Positions 36,406 to 47,900 of a stretch of 64,000 nucleotides of DNA are shown here, piece by piece. Under the pieces are notes generated by a model. That model was not told where the DNA came from and did not search any database. It saw only the letters and a list, made by a program, of their open reading frames with translations. The translations under genes were made by a program, and so were the position numbers. Origin of the DNA: Massalongia carnosa (taxonomy: Eukaryota); NCBI GenBank assembly GCA_965645245.1, contig OZ287067.1, positions 2,170,001-2,234,000 of the forward strand, read 5' to 3'. The first letter of the stretch is position 1. Every line of letters begins with the position of its first letter.

Positions 36406-37432
36406 CCATTATCGTCAGAAAGGGAAAATGCAGTAAATCTGATTGGTCAGATTAAAGTTATTAGTCATTACCCGGTGACGGTGCGTGTAAAACTGTGGCT
36501 GCCAAACGGCCAGACGAAGGGATAGCTTTTGTGAAATTAAATTTTTCTTTGAGGTCATTGTAACACTAAATAATATTGACATTGAGGATAGAGAAATCTG
36601 TGCTTGTGGGCATTTTCTTATCTGATTTCAATCATTATTTCTTTCTTAGATCGTTGAAGCGGGAGATTTGAAAATCTTCCTGGAAATAAGACGTGCACTT
36701 CGGTGATTGCGGGGGTTCGATAAGCTATAAGGATCTCTTAAGCATTTAGACAGAAAACCCTGGACCTTTCAGCCTCAAACCTCTCTATTTAACTTCATGA
36801 CAAAAACCTGTTCACCAACATTTTAAAAAATCTTGCATGCTATGGTTAAAACTATGAAAATTCAAACTAAAGCTGCTGTCTGGGGCTTGGAAATGGTAAG
36901 ACGGCAAGATCGCACCTGACCGCTGGGCGTGTCCTAGCAGTTTTGACAAATGAGTTGGAGTGGACCGGCGGAATTGGGGAAGACCTGAGAGAATTAAAAT
37001 GTAGATCTAACCATAGAGGCGAGGAATGAAAGACATGGATCGTTTTGCGCTTTGCTGTTTCTTTTCAATCTTACCTCATCATGCAGCGTCGGTTTTTTTA
37101 TTTTTATTAATTCATTAAGCGTATGCATCCTAAGGATATGACGCTGTGACTGCTATTTATGTACATAAACAACAGTCAGGAAGTGAAACCTTGGCCCCCA
37201 GGGTAAAACCACTCCCTTGTTCCATATTGAACGCAACGAAATCGTTCTTCTACCACGCGGTGCATACACCCAGATCTTCACGCGCTAGGAATCCTGTAGA
37301 CTCGATGAACTAGACAGTGTATCTCCACACGTTCGACGAACGTTCTCTCTCTTTAACCGTTTTGACTCAATGAAGAAAGACTGGCCGTGATCGAGGGCAG
37401 ATCGTGGTGTCGTATAAATGAAGGTGTGAAAG

Positions 37433-37517
37433 CGTGGCTATTCCGAATGAATGGGCTTTTTCGATGTGGTGAAAGGCTTCCGCCTGAGGGGTGTGGCCAT
37501 TCCGAATGAATGGGCTT
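37433..37517. repeat. Short direct repeat (about 26-bp unit, two copies about 59 bp apart)
   Basis: GTGGC(T/C)ATTCCGAATGAATGGGCTTT twice, each followed by TTTCGA(T/A)GTGGTGAA. Confidence 0.75.
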
Positions 37518-39231
37518 TGTATGCTTTCGAAGTGGTGAATGATCAGTAGAGACGTTGATCATTCAAACGGCCACCAAGGTGGACTTCCGCGTTGGCGATG
37601 ATCAGATATTGGCCACCTCCGAGGAGGTGTTGATAGCCTGCACCACGTAGAGGTTTCTGACCTAGCAGGCCATGCAGCGTCGGTATGCGGGCGAGGGAAA
37701 GAGTCTACCCTTTGCATTAGCAGGACGCCTGTATATGGTGCTGCCGCTGTACCATGGGGTATCCCTGTATAAAACTGTCTCGTTGTAGCCTTATTGTCTG
37801 CTATCTATATTTATTCTTTTAACCAGACTTGAGCTAATCCAGCATAGATCCGGCGGTCTGACATATTCTTAACCCAAAAACTGGAAGTTCGCTCCAGTTG
37901 GCCACCAAATCATGGGTATCCGAAGGTCAAGAAAAGATATCATGGTTTTTATCATGCTAGCTATAAGCCCGTGCTGTTGACTCGGTTTGCTGCTGCTCGG
38001 CACAGAGGTTATCAAAATGATAGAAATTATCATGAGAACCAATATTTGCCATCAGCTGACGATGCCACTATTATCTTGATGCCATATTGTCGTTATGCAT
38101 AGATGTGTTGTTCGATGGCGTATAAATCATACTCTAGACCTTGAACCAAAGCTACCATACAAAATGATTACCTTACCCATATCATACTCATACACGCAGG
38201 CCTTGATGCTCTTGGACGATTCATCTTTTTGGTGAGAAAAGGACATTTGAATGATAGCCAGACTTAACGCCGTTAGATGGGTAGCTTGGAACCTACCATT
38301 ATCAGTGTAAGGCCCTTAGTAGGTCTTGTAGATTACCAAAGGCAAAGCGGTATCTGTCATTCATTTAGCACCTTCAACATACCAAGTTTCTATAGCTTCG
38401 TCGTTCACACACTTTGCTCCAGCACCAGCCATGGGAGCTCCAGCTTAAAGACGAAAGTTATGGAATTCAAAAACTCTATAACATTATGGGTAACCTTGGG
38501 CGCGACTAGCGTTGCAGTCCTGGTGCCCACCGCTGTGAGCATCAATGCTCGCTAGTTAGCTTCCATCCGTGAAAAAAACCGAACATGTTAGATGAACTCA
38601 ACGTCTCATAATGCTTTGGTACTCCGCCTATCATGCTACTCAAAGCGTGTCGAAGGGTCGGGGTGATAGCTTAAGAAGCATTCTTTTAACGCACCCTACA
38701 TAAGAAAGCTCAACGTCTCTACCTCTTCACCTAAGGTATGCTCTGTGATGATGATCTCACATTACACCCCTGGAAATAATGAATACTTGATATCTAAGTC
38801 TTTTTAGATAGATTAGATGAATGATTCAACCATCCTTTGCACTATTCGCGAGTGACAGGCTGCACTACTTTTAGGCAGTTATGATTCACATAAATACTCA
38901 GTGGAAATCGCATTGGGGCTATCTAATGTTGCACCGCAATCTTTATACATTTCTCGACTAATTTTAGCGGCTATTTCAAGAGGACCTAGCCTTGTAGGGC
39001 TGGATTTTATCTTCCTTTACGCGAAATCTAATCAGTGTATCGCTAGGTTGCCCTTTTACGAAAGAGTTATTGGTCCATCGATTATTTTTACTGGTACTTG
39101 CGACTGACTTCACGGTGCGTCTGGTCGGCGAAAACGTCTTTCATAACCCGCCCAAGCTTCAGATAACCTCAAACGCTGCCAATGCGGTCAATGCGGTAGA
39201 GCTTTACTACGCAATATAACTCTTGCCCAAG

Positions 39232-42051
39232 ATGCGTCTAGACGTAAAGGTAGGTATTTGACCTTCTCTCCTTTAAGTTCGCAAGAAGTCGACCAAGCTG
39301 AAACCAATGCCTGTAGAAGCAACTGTTTGCGAGATCTGAGAGAGTGAAGGGCATTGATTTTCATCCCACAGAGCCATGGGTAGGCCATTTGAGTGCATCG
39401 AGTTTTCTTATGCTAACAATTTCCAAGATTTTGACCACTTTATACAACGGTAAGGGCTCTAGACCGGCAAGTCTGCCAAAATCGCTCTAGAGGGAGGCTA
39501 AGACGGAATCCTCCAGGTCATGTATACATATGGTCGTACGAAACGCAGGTATGGAGGGAATATGGTCCTATATCGTACTGAATTCTTACTCGAAGTTAGG
39601 CAATTGTAAAAACCTTTGAGCTCACCGACGTCCCTGTACGGGCTGGTAGGTTCATAGCTCGTAAGAACTGGATCGTTTGCGGTTCCGACGATTTTCAAGT
39701 CCGAGTTTACAATTACAACACCTCCGAGAAAATAACCTCCTTTGAAGCTCATCCTGACTATATACGCGCCATCGTTGTTCATCCGACTCAACCTTTTGTT
39801 CTGACCGCATCGGATGATATGACAATAAAGTTGTGGGATTGGGATAAAACATGGAAATGCGTGCAAGTATATGAGGGTCATAGCCATTATGTTATGGGCC
39901 TAGCAATCAATCCAAAGGATACCAATACTTTCGCGTCTGCATGTCTAGATCGAACAGTCAAGATATGGAGCTTCGGATCTGGTCATCCAAATTATACTTT
40001 GGAAGCGCATGAAACTAAGGGTGTCAACCACGTCGACTATTACCCACAAGCAGACAAACCCTATCTACTCACTACTTCAGATGACCAGACAGTCAAAATC
40101 TGGGATTACACAACCAAATCCTTGATCGCTACTTTAGAAGGGCACACAAGCAACGTCTCCTTTGCCTGCTATCACCCTGAATTACCAGTTATTATATCCG
40201 GCTCAGAGGATGGTACTGTCAAAATATGGCACGCAAATACCTACAGATTGGAACAGTCATTGACATATGGCTTGGAGCGAGCTTGGTGTGTCAGTTACCA
40301 ACGGGGTCGACAAGGGGTTGCTGTGGGTTTTGACGATGGAGCCGTTGTGGTGAAAATGGGGCGAGAGGAGCCAGCCGTGTCAATGGACAACTCGGGTAAG
40401 TTGATCTGGGCGCGGCATAGCGAGATTCTTTCTGCTGTGATTAAAGGTGGCGACATAACCTTGAAGGATGGCGCTCCTATAAGCCTTCCCTCCAAGGATC
40501 TAGGAAACTGCGAGATATACCCTCAAACCTTGATGCACTCTCCTAATGGTCGATTTGTTGCTGTATGCGGGGATGGCGAATACATTATTTATACTGCTCT
40601 TGCGTGGCGGAATAAGGCGTTTGGTCCCGCACAGGATTTTGCCTGGGGCTCAAAAGACAATAGCAATGATTATGCCATCCGAGAATCGGCTCTGAACGTT
40701 CGGATATATCGCAATTTCAAGGAAAAAGGGGGCGGGATTGATATTGGGTTTCAAGCTGAAGGCTTAACTGGCGGTGTACTCTTGGGTGTCAAAGGCCAGG
40801 ATGGTATTGGGTTTTTCGATTGGGAAAGCGGGGCTCTAGTGAGGAGGATAGAGGTTGATCCGAAAAACGTACGTTACGTTGCTTGAGATATTTCTCATCA
40901 TCGATACTGAACTAAACTAGGTGTACTGGTCCGAGAGCGGGGAGCTTGTTGTCCTAGCCTGTGAAGAGACATTTTATGTTTTACGATTCTCTCGCGAAAA
41001 TTACATCGCTGGCCTAAACGCAGGTCGAGCCGACGAAGATGGTGTTGAAGCTGCGTTTGAAGTCGTCACGGACATCAACGAAAACGTTCGGACGGGTCAA
41101 TGGGTTGGTGATTGCTTCATATACACGAATTCTACGAATCGGCTGAACTACCTTGTCGGCGATAAAACCTACACAGTTTCTCATTTTGACCAACCTATGT
41201 ACCTACTGGGCTACCTTCCCCGCGACGGAAAAGCGTACGTTGCCGATAAAGATGTCGCTGTGACCTCCTATGCGCTTTCTCTGTCAGTTGTGGAATACCA
41301 AACCCTTGTACTTCGCGGTGACATGGAAACCGCAGCTGAACTCCTCGAAGATATTCCAGAGGATCAGAAGAACAAGGTTGCCCGCTTCCTTGAAGGCCAG
41401 GGCTACAAGGAAATGGCCCTTGACGTAGCTACAGACCCCGAACATCGCTTCGACCTTGCCTTAGCCCTTAACAATCTTCCTATTGCCCTTGCGATAGCCC
41501 GAGAAGCCGATGTAGAGCATCGCTGGAAAACAGTCGGCGACGTCGCACTTGCCGCCTGGGATCTCGCGCTCGCCGAGGAGTGCTTTGTCCACGCCAAAGA
41601 CCTGGGTTCACTGCTCCTGCTGCACACCTCCACCGGTAACGCAAAGGGATTGCGCGCTCTTGCTCAGCAAGCCGAAGAAGCAGGATCGCACAACATTGCT
41701 TTTTCGAGCTTGTGGCAGATTGCAGATGTAGATGGATGTATCAATTTGCTATTAAGAACTAAGCGTATGGCAGAAGCGGTACTTTTCGCGCAAAGCTATA
41801 AACCCAGTCGTGCAGCGGCGTTGGTTGGAGAGTGGAAAGCAGGGCTGGAGAAGGCAGGGAAGGGTAAGGTGAGTCGACTGTTGGGAGTGCCCCCAACGGA
41901 CGACGGGGGTGATGAGGACCTATTTGAGGACTGGGCGGAGTATCTTAGACTTGAGAAGGAAGGTGAGCGGCGTCGTAATGAGCGCAATTTGATAGATTTG
42001 GGGAATGAGGATGAATCGAGATTTGCGCCGGAGGTGGAGAGTGAAGCTTAA
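39232..42051 (+). CDS. SEC27: Coatomer subunit beta' (COPI), about 6 exons
   Basis: MRLDVK|KQLFARSERVKGIDFHPTEPW|ILTTLYN|GHVYIWSYETQ|AIVKTFELTDVPVRAGRFIARKNWIVCGSDDFQVRV..., WD40 repeats, YWSESGELV, FLEGQGYKEMALDVATDPEHRFDLAL. Confidence 0.97.
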
Positions 42052-42530
42052 ATAGCAAGTCTCCTTTCTAGCTCTCGGGTGAAAACCTTGACCAAAAATT
42101 CCAATAACGGTTTCTTCATACACTTCAAAAATGTTGGATGGATTTTAGGTGATCTGGGAGTCTTCCCCTTTTCCGGCTGCAGTTGCCAGTTTTGCAGCTT
42201 GCGGCTAATATCGAGGACACATCAATAGTAAGCCCAGGGGAAGTGCCGTTCATCTTTCATCATCATACTTTAGCCAGTAAACATTCACTTAACAGGTTTT
42301 GCAGATTCAGTTGCGGTCTCCTAAGATTCAAATCATTCAATCTGGCAGTCTCAAGGCGCTTGAAATATTCCCTTGTTTCTCTTTTTCTTTTCGTTGTCAT
42401 TGCGCTAATTCTGGCGCTCCCCACTCGCTTTTCCAAAGCATCTACCATATTCTCCCAAATACGCCCTTTCATCTCCAAACCATCTATCAGACCAACCCCG
42501 ACTACGTTCCAACCACTTTCTACATTTTCA

Positions 42531-44915
42531 ATGGCACCGAAAGCGTTTAAGACGCCTCCACAAGCCCCACCTGTGTTCACCGGTACATCCCAGTCTATCA
42601 TTGCGGATGCGAAACGACTTATTGAACAATCACGCAAGGTTCAAGACACCATAGTAGCAGAGGTGACTTCTGATGATTCGTTTTTCAAGAAAACCGTGCT
42701 GCCAATGGCCACAGACGAAAACATCATGTCGCTTGAATCGCACATCCTTGGCTTTTACCAATCCGTGTCTGCAAATCAAGATCTGCGAAATGCATCCACG
42801 GAAGCGGAGAAACTCTTTGACGATTTCTCTATAGAATCCAGCATGCGAGAAGACATATACAAGCTTGTCGAGGCAGCATTGAACAAGGGCGAGAAACTCG
42901 AAGCTGAATCCCAAAGACTGCTGGAGAAAGAGCACAAAAGTTACATTCGTAACGGGTTGGGGATACCCGCAGGACCAGGGCGCGATCGGTTCAAGGACAT
43001 CAAGAAGCGTCTTAGCGAGATTTCAATAATCTTCCAGAAGAACCTCAACGAAGAGAATGGGGGCATCTGGTTCACATCCCAAGAGCTGGAGGGAACACCA
43101 GAAGACGTGTTGGTAGGACTTGCGAGAGGTGAAGGAGAGCACGATGGGAAACTGCGGTTGAGCTTCAAGTATCCAGATCTATTTCCTGTATTAAAGTATG
43201 CAACAAGCGCTGTAACGAGGAAAAGGGTTTTCATCGAAAATGGTAGGTGCTCTTCTTCCAGCACCAAACTTAACATCTAACCTTACTTATCCAGAAAATA
43301 AACTGAATCAGAATGTTCCACTCTTTCGTGAAACCATTCTTTTGAGAGATGAGGCTGCCCGGTTATTGGGGTATCCGAACCATGCTACCTTCAAAATCGA
43401 AGATAAAATGGCGAAGACGACGAAAACCGTAGATGATTTCCTTGCAGACCTTAGGAAAAAACTGACGAAAGGAGGCTTATCGGAGAAGAAGTCTCTTACA
43501 GCGCTGAAAGAGCAACATTTAAAGGAAAGCCAAGCCGAGGGGAGCTTCGATGGAAATTTCTATCTGTGGGACAACAAATTCTATGACCGTATGCTTCTCG
43601 AAAAGGATTATGCTCTTGATCAGGAAAAGCTCGCCGAGTACTTCCCTTTGCAAACGACGATTCGTGGCATGCTTGGAATATTCGAGCAACTGTTTGGCCT
43701 CGTATTCGTCGAGGTCACGGGCTCAGATCGTTCAACAATTTCACCAACCGGAAAGGGCGAAGACGTCGTATGGCATCCAGATGTCCAACTTTTCACAGTC
43801 TGGGATGACGAAAGCGAGGGTTCTGGGTTTGTTGGGTATTTATATCTTGATTTGCACCCTAGGGAAGGTAAGTATGGACATGCAGCAAATTTCAACATTC
43901 AGCCTGGCTTTATCGATCCCAAGGGGAATAGAAGATACCCTGCGACTGCGCTCGTGTGTAACTTCTCAAAACCAACGCCTAAGAAGCCTAGCCTCCTTCA
44001 ACACTCAGAAGCTACAACTTTGTTCCACGAGCTAGGGCATGGTATACATGATCTGGTTTCCAAGACCATCTACTCGAGATTTCATGGTACCAATACTGTG
44101 CGAGATTTCGTCGAAGCGCCCAGTCAACTGTTGGAAAATTGGTGCTGGACACCCAGTCAACTCAAAGCGCTAAGCCATCACTACTCCTCCATATCGCCAG
44201 AATACGAAGCCGCGTGGCGGGAACAGGCTAATGGCCAGCCTAAACCCGATGAAAAGCTTCCAGATGAGCTAATCAAAAACCTCATCAAAACCAAGCACGT
44301 TAATGGCGCCTTAGCCAATCTGCGCCAGCTTCATTTTGGAATTTTTGACATGAAGGTACATGAACCAGGCAGTCATGCTGAACTAGAGGCGCTCAAAGTA
44401 ACAGAGTTATATAATTCTTTGAGAAAAGAAATCACGCAGCTAGATGGGCCGGAGGTGCTGGGAGAAGGCTCGGAATGGGGTAAAACCTTGGGTTATCTTT
44501 GACAAAACCGAGCTAAACTATGGGTTGTCTAGGACACGGCCAAGCAAATTTTGGGCATCTAATTGGTGGCTACGACGCCGGGTATTACGGTTACCTCAGG
44601 TAATTCCTACCCTTGTCCTTAATATTAATCATTCCACCAAGTCGTATCCTCCCTTGTACCTGTTTCCACGTGCCTTAGAACCCAATACCAACTCTAACAC
44701 CCGTGCTCGTCTCCAATAATAGCTCCCAAGTCTACTCAGCCGACATGTTCTACACCGTCTTCGCCTCCTCTCCCATGAACCCTACCGAAGGTCGCAGGTA
44801 CCGCCACACGGTCCTCGAACGCGGGGGGAGCCAAGACGAGATGCGTACGCTCGAGGACTTCCTGGGCAGGAAGCCAAGCACCGAGGCTTTCTATCGGGAG
44901 TTGGGCATTAGCTAG
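42531..44915 (+). CDS. mepB: M3 family metallopeptidase (thimet oligopeptidase/saccharolysin, MepB/Prd1-like), 4 exons
   Basis: YLDLHPREGKYGHAANF, TLFHELGHGIHDL (HEXXH), RDFVEAPSQLLENW, FGHLIGGYDAGYYGYL|SQVYSADMF, GRRYRHTVLERGGSQDE; introns near 43243, 44480 and 44600. Confidence 0.94.
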
Positions 44916-47900
44916 ATTTTGGTTTGGAGGCGAACAATGAGGACGCGGAAAGCAAAGAGGAGGAATGAGCAACGTGGTGAATTATTCATGTCAGGTTTAT
45001 TTACATTCTATTACCATAGCCCTTTTCCATCATCTTTTCTTTAATTCATAACCTCAGATCGTGAATTTCTTATTCCTGGAGTCTTATTCAATTCCATCAA
45101 GATTCACATTCTGCAATTACTTGCCTCTGCCCATTGGCAAGTTTTCACATCTGCATGTTTTCAACCGTTCTCATCGCCAACTTCTGCCATATCTCTTGTC
45201 TCTTGTCTCATATCTTCAAGTCAACCCCCTTATTCCAAGCCTTATACCATCGCATCTCCTTCCGCTAAATGGCTTTTTCAAAAACGATGCTAGGTCAAGG
45301 TTATGAATAAGATCGATACTAGGAATAGATTCAATCACTATGGGTATCTCGAGTTTTCTTTTTCTTGCTTTCATTTACTACGCATATTATGAGTATATGG
45401 CATGTAAAGGCGGAGTTCATAGTTATATATCCGACTGTCAAATTGGCAAGTGGTATCACCATCTTACCATAAGTCTTAGTGATTCTTCGACAGCTTTGAG
45501 CACTATTTTTTTCTTTCTTTCTTGTCCTCGATCTTTTAAGAAACCTTGGAAGATTAAAAGTGAAATTTTCCTTAACTAATTCCCTTTCTGGTTCTGGTTA
45601 ACGCATTGGTAATCTCAGTGTCATCTTCAAGCGCTCGGCTGAGGCGGCTTACCAATTGCGTCGCCAGAGAGGAACTGTTACATATAAACGGCTTCCAGAT
45701 CCTCCAGGCCAAGGTCGCCGCTAGGGCGACTAGTGCAGCAAAGAGTCCAATTATCTGGTCAAACTATGTGGTTGACTATGCTTCGTTGATTCAATTGATT
45801 TGCATAAGTGGCATTTAAAAAAGGGCCACGGTGAGGATATCAAAGCCTTATTGGATAGGAATATGAAAGAATAGCCGAGATCTTTCAAAGATATTCCAAC
45901 GGCGAAAGATGCAGGGTCCTAAATAGCAACATCGTGTTTCGGGTCTGCATGCCAGATAAAGTATCTCCTCTCACTCCAACGAAGGGACGGAAGCACAGGA
46001 CAGGACAGATAACGGGCGGACAACGGATATCGAGAGTAATCTTCGTTCAGAGAACGCCAACATCTCCATACCCGCAAAAGATGTCACTAGCCTATTATAA
46101 GAAAACAACCGGGTAGGAAGGAATAGTACCCACAAGCCAGATAGGACGTTTGCAGGAGAAGCCAAGCTGTTTCAAACTTCACCCAGAAAAAACTAACTCT
46201 GCCGTAATCGATGGATTTGTGGCGATGTCTATAGAGTAGGCATGCGAAACTCCCCATAGCAAGGCCTCTGTTCATGGAGGTAAAGCTATTGCGGTGATGA
46301 TAATTTGGCATATAGACATCGAGGCAAGGAAAAGACAGGGCGAAGCCCAGCATTAAGTAGTACCGGGGGAAGTTTTTTTTTTCAAAGGTTCAGGCTGTTT
46401 GTTGCGGCACACTCATCATCTCGTCGAGACAAGGCGAGATGCGTTCATGCGATTTTTAAGTCGACGATGACGGTCTGCTCCAAAGCGTGAACAGCCCCTC
46501 AAAAATGAAAGTTTCAGATTCTGGATCTGTTGATTTGCATTCAAAAAGATGACCACCAAAGAGCTTCCATCTCCAACTCTCAACCTGATCGCGACACGAA
46601 CAAATGCGCTTTTTTTTTTTTTTTTTTCCCTAACATAGGACTATATGCCTATAATATGAGAAAAGGATGTAGTATGTGTATATGTAGCAGCACTCCAGAG
46701 ATCCAGGGTTCTTTCCCCCCCTTTTCCTCGGGTAAAGCGTTTTTTGGGATGGGGGGGGGAAGTTCCTTGTTTTCTCGTCCCGGCCAGCCCTCAAACTCAT
46801 ACAAGAGCGGGTTGCGCCTGATCTTTCCGATTACGCGCTAGAAGAGTCGATTCCCTTTTCCTGTAGAGTTCCTGCGCTAGTCAGTCCGTGTGTACACCTT
46901 TCGTCGATTCTCAGAGCTCCAAGCCGACTGTTGTTACTCTTTAAACTACGGCTTTCGAGACCTTTAAATTCAACTACAGTCACACTTTCGGCTGGGGTTT
47001 TGCAGAGCCAGGGACTCTTGTTCAGGCTAGACTTGTTGGCGGACTGGGATGAGCTCGCTCGGTTTCGCTGACACGCTCACTCTACGATTCCAACCATCTG
47101 TCGTTTATGGAGAACGTGCTGGATTTCTATCAGGAATTGATTGGGTCCTTTTCCTTTCGACGATTCCACAAAATCATATCATGATAGATGTGCATAGGGG
47201 ATGGTTTTCTGGCTTTAGACGTACCGCCACCGCCGCCGAGTAGGAGAGACTTCTTTCGGCATAATATGGTTATTTATTTAAAAGGGATAGAGAGATACAT
47301 ATTGCATATTATATATATACGCACAACCCGCACTTACTACTATCCCTTTCCATTGGCGACCCACGATGCGATAATCATTTTTTTTCTTTTCTATTAAACG
47401 ACGTCCTCTCAGTTCCTAGAAATGGTCGCTAGTCTCGTATGCTATATATTTATAAAATCAGGAAACTATGCACATGCTTCTCGGGATTCTCGATCCTTCC
47501 GCAGTCTGCCGACGAATATTGTGGAGAAGCGTTGCGAAACAAGAAGATCCAGTCCGGAAATAGGGACTCGAGATTATAGCATGCCTTTTTTTCTGGATGT
47601 TTTTTCCCTTATCTTCTAATCATCCTAAAGATTTTAGGGGGTTTCAATTATCTCCTTATGCCGGTTTTTAATCTCTCAAATAGCACCTGCGTTTCGCTTA
47701 TGAATGCCATCAAAAGCGACTTGTTTTTTTTTTTAATTCCCCGCTTGGTTTCAACGAATCCATCTCATCTGATAGGGATTTAGTCAAATGAAATCGACGA
47801 AACAGAAATTTAATTCGTGAAGCGCTGTTCTCTTTGCTTAGGAGCCTAAAAATCCCGATAGATCAACTGACAGAAAAGTCACTATAACTACCATGCAGGA

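Larger units (their letters stand above)
33058..36521 (+). mobile_element. piggyBac-like DNA transposon (decayed) containing a nested Tc1-like element
   Basis: 27-bp TIRs CCCT(C/T)CGTCTGGCCGTTTGGCAGCCAC at 33058-33084 and 36495-36521 (1 mismatch) enclose a PGBD-type transposase pseudogene. Confidence 0.9.

Noticed and set aside
37380..37560. Repeat-spacer-repeat pattern as CRISPR-like array
   Set aside because: Only two units, eukaryotic context, no cas genes; a local tandem duplication.
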